Positions 1 to 10,500 of a stretch of DNA of 64,000 bases are shown here, in pieces. The DNA lies in the IMG/VR virus record IMGVR_UViG_3300028196_001473. One strand, written 5' to 3'. The notes below the pieces were generated by a model, which made no database searches, was not told where the DNA came from, and saw only the letters and a list, made by a program, of their open reading frames with translations. Within the stretch, counting starts at the first letter, position 1. Every line of letters starts with the position of its first letter. The stretch is from a virus. The position numbers were made by a program, and so were the translations under genes.

Positions 1-652
1 TATTAAAGACCATAAATCGTTCTCTAAAGTGTGTCGAGATACAATAAATCATTACATTAAACATAGTGGTAATATTGATAACGAAGAATACGGGTCATGT
101 TATATAGAACAATTAATGTTACACACAAACTTAAGAATAAGTGACAAAAAATATAGGAAATCATCGGACAAAAATAATCATGTTATTTTTAATGACATAC
201 CAACGATACAAGTAGACGCACATAACAATGTACCCAACATTAATGACGTTAAATTTCCATTTAGATTACATAACATTAAGGGTAAACATTTTAATTACGG
301 AGATGGTGAGGTGATAACAAAATTATCTAAAATTAAGAATTATAGTAAACTAACTAAAAAGAAAAAAATAGATAAAATAACAATTAAAGATAGAGAAAAT
401 ATTTTGGATTTTCTAAACCAAGAGTTCAACGGGTTTTTCCATGTAACTTATATGAAATGGTACGATATTATGCAAGTTTATGTAATTCATAGATTGAGAA
501 TGGAGGTTGGGGATGACAAAATAAGAGAAATACATAAATATTTTAAATCAAGACATATAAAACTCAATTTACCGTCTATTTCGGGAGGTGAGAAATTATA
601 TTCAGAATTAACGGGTTTTAAATTCGATTTAAGTAAAAAAAATATCATATGA
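1..652 (+). CDS. Hypothetical basic protein, 5' end outside window
   Basis: ORF 29..652; the frame is open back to position 2, so the gene is truncated by the window edge; Lys-rich, no recognised motif. Confidence 0.6.
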   Translation, partial: IKDHKSFSKVCRDTINHYIKHSGNIDNEEYGSCYIEQLMLHTNLRISDKKYRKSSDKNNHVIFNDIPTIQVDAHNNVPNINDVKFPFRLHNIKGKHFNYGDGEVITKLSKIKNYSKLTKKKKIDKITIKDRENILDFLNQEFNGFFHVTYMKWYDIMQVYVIHRLRMEVGDDKIREIHKYFKSRHIKLNLPSISGGEKLYSELTGFKFDLSKKNII

Positions 653-1422
653 AGAAAGTAATTGTCTCCGGCTGTAGTTTCACTTTTGAAGATTGGAATT
701 GGCCTAAGTTTTTAATAAAACATTTAAAGATACGTAAAGAAAATCTTAATAATGTTGGTATGGCATCCCAAGGAAATGGTCTAATTTCTAAAAAACTAAT
801 TTATGCAGTAAATAAAGAATTAGAAACCACAAAACCTGAGGATATTTTAGTTGGGGTTATGTGGAGTGGTGTTGATAGATTTGATTTTCATAGTGAGAAT
901 AACTATAGTAGTGATAATTGGGGTAATAACGGACATGTTAGTCATATTGACAACCCTACTAAAGTTGCTGTAGAAAAAAAGTGGTATTTCATAAATCCAG
1001 GGTGGGATGGTTTAGAGAATCCACACCCACTTATGAAATCATATTACGAATATTTTCATTCCGATATTGGTATGTTAATTAACACAATACACTCCATACT
1101 ATTAGTTCAATGGTACTTAAAGGAAAAAGGAATAAAATACTTTATGACGACATTTATGGATATATTTAATAGATATCCTAAAAATATTTTAGAGTCTGAA
1201 GACGTGAGTTACCTATTAGAATTAATAGATTTCAATAATTTCTTAAATGTTGATGGTTGTTATGAATACGTATCCAAAAATTTCCCATCAGGTATGCCTA
1301 ACTCCGAAAACCCAGGTATTCATCCATTAGAGTCGGGCCATAAGTATTTCACAGATACCGTAATAATCCCCCACCTTAATAAAATGGGAATAAAATCAAA
1401 TAGCGATAGGGACCTAATATAG
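649..1422 (+). CDS. SGNH/GDSL hydrolase-like phage protein
   Basis: N-terminal VIVSGCSFT (block I-like), oxyanion-like ASQGN, C-terminal IHPLESGH (HP motif); ATGA overlap with upstream stop. Confidence 0.55.
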   Translation: MKKVIVSGCSFTFEDWNWPKFLIKHLKIRKENLNNVGMASQGNGLISKKLIYAVNKELETTKPEDILVGVMWSGVDRFDFHSENNYSSDNWGNNGHVSHIDNPTKVAVEKKWYFINPGWDGLENPHPLMKSYYEYFHSDIGMLINTIHSILLVQWYLKEKGIKYFMTTFMDIFNRYPKNILESEDVSYLLELIDFNNFLNVDGCYEYVSKNFPSGMPNSENPGIHPLESGHKYFTDTVIIPHLNKMGIKSNSDRDLI

Positions 1423-1482
1423 AAAAAATTTATTTAGTGGTTATAAATCTTACCAAAACCAAATTACTATTGAATTATAAAG

Positions 1483-1489
1483 TATTTAT
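1483..1489 (+). promoter_or_regulatory. Putative late promoter core TATTTAT upstream of tail fibre
   Basis: TATTTAT 25 nt before ATG 1514; same motif precedes other structural/late-type genes. Confidence 0.45.
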
Positions 1490-1513
1490 CTAATAAGAAA
1501 AACGTTTATATAG

Positions 1514-4500
1514 ATGAATATATTTGATCCACACATTACAGGATCCCTATCCGTCTCCGCATCGGCGGAAATACAAGGGGATTTAACAGTACAAGGAACT
1601 ATCTATGGTACTGCACAGATTGACGGAAGTGTTGATAATGCAATAAGTGCATCACACGCCGCCTCCTACTTACTCACATCAAGTTTTAATGATTATAAAA
1701 ATACCGCAGCTACTACTGGAAGTAATGTATTCATTGGGGATCAAACAATTAGTGGATCATTGTTACCTCAAGGAACACTTACTCATGATTTGGGTAGCGA
1801 TACTAAAAGATGGAATGATATATATTTAGCGGGAAGTACTATTGATTTGGGTGGTACAAAAATAACTAAGAATAGTGATGGTGATGTACAACTTCACGAT
1901 AGTGGTAACACCTTAAAAAGATTAATTGCGTCTGAAATTGAATTAGGTCACGGATCAAACAAGAAAGTTCTTAAAGTAAATAATGGTCGTTTAAAGTTAA
2001 TGGCCACTAACGACAGTGATGAAGAGTTAGCTCAATTATCGGGTTCGTTCACTGGTTCTTTTAGGGGAGATGGTAGTGGTTTAATTAATGTTCCCGCAAG
2101 TGGGGTTACGGGTCTAAGTTTAGATCGGATTGCAAGTACAACAGCAACCGCGTCGATATCCTCAGACAGTTTGATAACTAATGTTTCAATTATACCTAGT
2201 ATCACAAATACAATTGATTTAGGTGCACCCGACAAGGAGTGGAGAGATTTATATCTTTCATCAGGGTCATTATATATAAATGGACAACAAGTACTCTCAA
2301 CTACAGGTACTGAATTAAGAGTCACTACAGATAGTGGTGAATCAATAAAAATATTAGAAACGGGTTCTGATACTATCACACTACAAACAGTTGATGGTGA
2401 TATTACATTAAGTTCTTCAGGAACGGGTAACATAGAATTAGACGCACCTATACAAATAACAGCCGGTAACAAAGTAATATCTTCTGACGGAAACTCAATT
2501 GTTTTCGGTAATGGATTAATTGTAACAGGTAGTATAGATTTAACAGGGACTGTTGATGGAGTTGATATATCATTATTAAAAACAGATGTGGATGCTATTT
2601 TAGATTCTTCTGATGCTGATAAGAATTCATTCGCAGAAATCGTAGGACTTATTAATAGTGTTGACACCACAAATGATGAAGCGTTTGCGGCCCATTATAC
2701 TGCAAGTAATAATAGATTCACGTCGTTAGAAACGACAAGTGGGTCACACGATGGGAGGTTAGACCTATTAGAAACATTTACTGGTAGTGTGGATGGTACT
2801 ATGAGATCTGACTTTAACACTCATACCGCATCCAATGATTCAACCAACACAACACAAAATAGTAGGTTAAGTAGTTTAGAGACTAAAAGTGGTTCTTTGA
2901 CTACAGATATTAAATCAAAACTAAATACGGAAAATGTTGTCTCAGGTTCTGAATTTGTTTTAAATTCAACCTCACCAATAACACAATATGTTGACGTTAC
3001 CGTAACTGCAAGTGGTGGTGTATATTACATAGATGGTGTAGAACAACAAATTGTCTCATTAGCAAAAGGACTAGTTTATAGGTTTGATGTATCTCACTCA
3101 TCAAATTCAGGACACCCATTCAGATTTTCATTAACTAACAATAGTCAATATACAGACGGTGTTACCGTAAATGGTACCGAAGGTTTATCAGGAGCATACG
3201 TTCAAATAGTTGTAAATCAAGATACCCCACAAACATTATTATATTATTGTACCAACCATAATGGTATGGGTAACAAAGTTTTTGTCGGTGGAGCAGGTGA
3301 TACAGATTCAATCACCGAAGGAACAACCAATCTTTATTATACAGATGATAGAGTTAAAACTAAATTAAATACAGAAACCGTAATTAGTAGTTCCATACAA
3401 GTGGATATTACTGGAACAACTAATTATAATTTGGTTGATGGTAGGTTAGACAGTATAGAATCCTTTACCGCAAGTATCGATGACACATATGCAACTGATA
3501 CTGATTTAACCACTTTGAGAGGTGATTTAAATACTTATACCTCATCCAACGATTCTACCAATATTACTCAAAATAGTAGATTAGGTAGTTTAGAAACAAC
3601 AAGTGGTTCACACGATGGTAGGTTAGACAGTATAGAATCATTCACGGCAAGTATCGATGACACATATGCAACCGACTCGGATATAACTAATCTAAGAGGT
3701 GATTTAAATACTTATACCTCATCCAACGATTCAACTAACACATCACAAAACAATAGGTTAGGTTCTTTAGAAACCAAAACTGGTAGTTTAAATACAGATA
3801 TATCTAACCTAAGGGGTGATCTAAATACTTACACTTCGTCCAACGAAACAGATAAACAAAACTTAAGTGGTAGGATAGACTCTTTAGAAACTAAGTCAGG
3901 AAGTTTAAGTGGTGATATTTCCACATTAGATGGTAGAGTTGATTCTTTAGAAGTCGTAAGTGGATCACAAAAAACAAAATTAGGGGAACATAAAAACAGA
4001 TTAGATTCTTTAGAAACTAAAACAGGTAGTTTAGAAGGTGATATTTCCACATTAAATGGAGATATTTCTACATTAGATAGTAGAGTCGATTCTATTGAAA
4101 CCAAGACGGGTAGTCTATCCACAGACGTATCTAACTTAGGTAATAGGGTAGATGCGTTAGAGGAGTTCACTTCGAGTATTGATGATACATATGCTACTGA
4201 TACTGACGTAACAACACTTAGAACTGATTTAAATACTTATACCTCATCTAATAACACTACTAACTCAAACCAAGATCTTAGATTAGTTTCTTTAGAGACT
4301 GAAAGTGGTAGTATTAGAACAACTTTTAATTCATATACATCTTCTAATGATAGTACTAATACAACCCAAAATAATAGGTTAAATAGTATAGAAACGACAA
4401 GTGGTTCACACGATGGAAGGTTAGATTCTTTAGAGACTAAGACTGGAAGTTTAAATGGTGATATTACAGGTTTAGACAGTAGATTAGACACGATAGAAGG

Positions 4501-7500
4501 TGGTTTAGAATTTACAGGGTCTAACGTAACTATTAAGGGGGATCTTTTAATTAAAGGAACAGAAACAAGAGTAGATTCAACAACTGTCGAGATAGGGGAT
4601 AACATTATATCTTTAAATGGTAGTGGAGCACAAAATGCAGGTATCGAAGTTAGAGATAACACATCTCCTGACTTATTATCTGGTTCTTTAATATGGGACG
4701 GACAAACCAACTATTGGAAGGGTGGTCAAAAAGGATCTGAAGAAAGATTATTAGATAATACGGACTTAACCACTTTAGATAGTAGATTAGATGGTATTGA
4801 GGCGGAAACAGGAAGTTATCTTACAGATTACAACAATGAATACACAACAGGAGCAACATTTAATAGTGGTAATGGTGTAATTACATTTAAAAGAAATGAT
4901 GGTGACACATTTACTGTTGATATAGACGGTAGATTTTTAGACACAAGGGCACAAGTACATAGTGAATTATATAGTACAAATGGTGACGCTAATGATTATA
5001 CAGAATTTGGTATATATAGAAATTTCGCGTCTAACGGACCTATCAGTGGTCACAACACAATATTACATGTATCTCAAACAGACGGTAATTATGGTTTCCA
5101 ATTAGGGGGATCAACATTAGTTAATGGAGACGGATTATACTTTAGAAATTTTGCGGGTACTAACACAATAACGGGATCAACATGGTATCATATTGCAACA
5201 AGAGATTGGGTTGGTGATCAAAATTACCTAACAGATTATAATGATGAATATACGACAGGTGCCACATTTAATAGTGGTAATGGTGTAATTACATTTAAAA
5301 GAAATGATGGGGATACATTTACTGTCGATATAGACGGTAGGTATTTAACAAGTTATTCTGAAACAGACACTTTAGATAGTGTGGTTGCAAGGGGTAATAC
5401 CACCTCAAGAGGAATAACATTAGGTAGTGGATCACCATGGGCACCATTAGTAATTAACGCGAGTGCTGGTGAATCCTCCGCAAATGCCGGTGTGGCAATT
5501 GCATTAGATGGTACGGATTATAGTGAATATGGATATAGGTTCAAAGCAAACGGTTCTAATTATTACCAAGTTTTATATGATGGTTCTGCAATTAATTGGA
5601 AACATTATAATAGTGGGTACACCACTAAAATGTCATTATCTAATGGTGGTAACCTTACAGCGACTTCATTTATTAAGAGTGGTGGTACATCATCACAATT
5701 CTTAAAGGCGGATGGTAGTGTAGATTCAAATACGTATTTAACACAACACCCACCAATTGCATCACCGGCATCTTCTAACAATAGTGGAAGAACATATATC
5801 CAAGATATTCTATTAGACGGTAATGGACACGTAACAGGACTAACCACTGCCACTGAAACAGTAACAGATAGTGGTAATGACAATTACTACGTTGATGGTG
5901 TAGAATTTAATTTATCTACTGGTGTCTTTACCGCAAGTGTTAATGGATCGACAAATCAAACCGTTGATTTAGATGGTAGATATGTAAAATTAGGTGGAGA
6001 CACCATGACAGGTACTCTTACCGTACCTACCGTACAAATGGGTAACGCAAGTTTTGGTAGGAGTGGTGACCAAAATCATGTACATTTTGTTGGAACCGCA
6101 TTAATACCAAACACATCAACCACAGCCTCTAACTCAAATATGGGTACATCTACATACAGATGGAAAGGTGTTTATGGTGGTCTTGGTGATTTTAGTGGTG
6201 TTGTAACCGCATCAGGAGGTAATTCAGGAAATTGGAATACAGCATATGGATGGGGTGATCACTCTACCGAAGGGTATATCACAGGATATAGTGAAGTGGA
6301 CACTTTAGATAGTGTAACCGATAGAGGTGCGACCACTTCGAATATTATTACTGTTGGTGGGGTAAACCTTAACGACGGTAATTCAATAATAGAGGAAGCG
6401 GCTGGTAATGCGTTTAGATTTAAAACATCTACAGGTTATATTGATATTGGTTCTAAGAACTCAGGGTGGATACATTTCGAAGGTAATAAACCATTCTATT
6501 TTGGTACTTCATCAACTGTCTTCGACGGAGATGTTAGACCATACACCAACAACACAAGAAGTTTAGGTTCGTCATCATATAGATGGTCAGGAATATACGC
6601 AAATGGTGGTGATTCATCACAATGGAATACAGCGTACGGATGGGGAGATCATTCAACTGAAAATTATCTAAAAGAATATAATGATGAGTACACAACAGGA
6701 GCAACATGGAATGGTGGGACAGGAATTGTTACATTCACAAGAAATGATGGCGACACATACTCAGTAGATATATCATCAGCATTAACGGAAGTTACTGTTA
6801 CAGGTGGTACATATAATGATGGTAACCAAACATTAACATTAACAAAATCAGACGGGACTACTGTTGAAGTTACGGGATTTGCACTTGATAATACAAATAA
6901 TTTTACAACGGGTGCAACGTTTAATACCGGTAACGGTATTATAACAGGAACACGTAATGGAGGTGATACATGGACTGTTGATATTGATGGTAGGTATTTA
7001 CCACTAGATGGTGGTACTATTTCAAGCAGTAACACATATAGTTTAAAGTTAGAAAACTCAAGTAATGGGTTAGGTACGGGAATTGAATTTAGTGATAACC
7101 CAGGGACTGGTACACAAAGAGCATATATAACACATTACCATGGTGACGGTTCTAGTTATGGTTCTGGTGCGTCTATAGTGTTATCAACAAATCAACCCAC
7201 AATGACAATACTTGCCGATGGTAAGTTAATGTACAAAGAAGGTATATACTCCAAACCGGCGACAGGTACAGGTGCGGGTACAAGAAAAGATACTAATTGG
7301 GATACCGCATATGGATGGGGTGACCACTCACAAGTTGGATATATTACAGGATTTACAAATACAAATGAATTTACAACAGGTGCGACATTTAACACAGGTA
7401 ACGGTATTATTACATTCACTAGAAATAATGGTGGTGATACGTTCAATGTCGATTTAGATGGTAGATACGCACTAAGTTCACATAATCATGACGATAGATA

Positions 7501-10500
7501 TTTCCAAGATAATAAAGGAAGTATAAGTTTAACAGGTGGTAATCCGTTTGATGATTCTAAGACAGAAACCAGAGTTACGGGTAGTGGAAGTTATGTCATA
7601 AATTACACGGGAGCGAGTGCACACCTATTTTCAAGTAATGTAGGTGGTTCAGCATCTATGTTTCAGATAGGTGCACACTATAACGGATCAGATTTTTACA
7701 TGAGGACCAGAACGGACAGTTCAACATGGCAAACATGGAAACAATTATGGCACAGTGGTGATTTTAGTTCAACTAACATCTCACAATGGAATACAGCATA
7801 TGGATGGGGAGATCATTCAGTAGCGGGATACACAGGTGACCAAGACTTAAGCGGTTATTTATTAAACACTACAGATACGTTCACAGGATCATTGACTGTC
7901 AATGGAGATATAAGGGGTGCGGGACAACACTTAATATTGAATGCTGGTGAATCTTACGCTTACGCTACGGGACAAGGAAATGAATATGTTTATATCAATG
8001 CAGAACAAGGTCTTGAGGTTAATTCAGAAACAGGTAATTGGTCAGGTGGATGGGCGGCAAGAAAAACCGCACTACTTAGAGGGGATTTACTTAGGTTAGA
8101 TGGGGAAGACCTCACCAAAACTAATATCCAAAACTTTAAAACCGCATATGGATGGGGTGACCATTCCACTGAAGGGTATGTGAAAAATGACGAGTATACA
8201 ACAGGTGCCACATTTAATAGTGGTAATGGTATAATCACATTTACAAGAAATGATGGTGACACATATACGGTTGATGTAGACAATAGATATCTACAATTGT
8301 CGGGAGGATCGTTATCGGGTAATCTTAATATGACAGGTACTAACCCAATGATAAAGTTTGTTCCGACAGGAACTAATGATGGTGCGGGTATTAGATTTAA
8401 CTACACCAATAATGATGGTGAAATGGAGTTTTGGACTTCTGATGATTATAGTGAACCATTTGTTTGGAGAGCATACGATGTAGGTTTAGATGGGACTGGA
8501 AACTATCAAGAGTGGATGAAACTCTACCAAAAGAAACTTTATATTGACGGTGAGGAATTAAGTAAAACAAACATACAAAACTTTAAAACCGCATATGGAT
8601 GGGGAGACCACAATACTGCAGGGTACATAACAGGATATACCGATACTAATGAATATACGACAGGTGCCACTTTTAATGGTGGTTCAGGTACCCTTGAATT
8701 CACAAGAAATGATGGAGATACTTACAGTGTAAGTATAGCATCAGCCCTAATAGACGTTACTGTAACGGGTGGTACATATAACAGTGGTAATCAGATACTA
8801 ACCTTAACCAAATCAAACGGAAGTACCGTAGATGTTTCAGGGTTTGCGGTTGATACAGATGTTAACTGGTATACGACAAGTGCATCATTCAATACGGGTA
8901 ACGGTATTATAACAGGGACACACCATGGAGGTACATGGACTGTCGCTATTGATGGTAGGTATGGTTTAAAATCACTTTCAGAAAATAAAACATATACAAG
9001 TGGTGGTAATGCTGTTGGTTCCTATTTAGGTGGACACTACTCAGCTGGTGGTACAGAAAAACCAAATTCAGCAACGTTTGGATCAGGAAAACTGAAGATA
9101 GCGATGCTATCAAACACTAACCTTGGATTCGGGGGATCTTGGAATGATGTACTTTGGATTAGTGCATATAATGGTGGTGATGTAAAAGGGTCACACGCAT
9201 TGGTGTTCGACAAGTACAGTACAAATGTTTACGTCTCTGACCAATCATACGACTCGGCGTCATGGGGTACTGGATACCAATTATGGCACACCGGACACTT
9301 TCAACAAAGTAGTATTAATAATTGGAATACCGCATATGGATGGGGAGACCACTCAGCGGCAGGATATGCATCAGGTGACTTCCTACTAAAATCCGGTGGA
9401 ACTATGAGTGGTGCCATTAACATGAACGGTAGTGGTATTAATATGGTTAATGGTTCAATAAGTAATGTTAACCATATTACAATTGCAGACCCAGGACCAA
9501 CAGAAGGTATCGAATGGTTAGGTGGTAACGGATTTAGAATTGTTGAATCACCAAATGATCTAACAACAAACAGTGGTGGTAACTTACAATTCGTTAAATC
9601 AAGTACAAGAATATTAACTTTAGGATCAAATGGTCAGTCAGAATTTACTGATAAACTAACGTTGACATCATCCACATCGGGATCAACAATATTCGATATC
9701 CAAGGTACAAGTGGTCAGTTATTCTCAATTACAGATGATTTAACAGGTGATTTATTTGCCGTCTCTGATTCGTCAGGTGTTCCAATTTTTAATGTTAATG
9801 CAAGTGGTGCTATTACTATTGACCCACTTGGTTCATTATACGTTGGAAACAATAAAGTAATTAACGGAAGTGGTAATATTGAGTTTGATGGACCTGTAAC
9901 CACATCCAACCAAGGTAGAGGTATCTATTGGACAGGTTATGATAAAGAAGATACCACAGATTCCTCAGATACCGCACATATATTACACACAAGTAATAGT
10001 GGTGGATTGTCAGGTTCTGTCATTGAGATTAAATCACATAACGATGCGACTGATGGTGTTAACTTTGTGGTTAATGGTAACAGTGCGGTTAGAATCAACG
10101 GTAACATTGTGGTTCACGCAGGTAACTATACTTCATACCAACAACACCCAACGATCACCGCGGCTACTTCTTCAGATAACTCGGGTAGAACATATATACA
10201 AGACATCTTATTAGATGGTAATGGACACGTTACGGGTGTTACAACAGCAACAGAGACAGTCACCGATAGTGGAAATGATAATGATATAGATTACATAAGT
10301 GGAGCTACGTTTGATGATGCTACAGGTGTAATTACAGGTACAGGAACAGGTAATGCTGGATTTACTGTCGATATTGATGGTAGGTATTTAACCTCTGAAA
10401 GTTATACAGCCCACGATAATATTACTGCGGCCACATCTTCTAACAATAGTGGTAGAACGTATGTTCAGGACATTTTAGTGGATGGTAACGGACACGTTAC

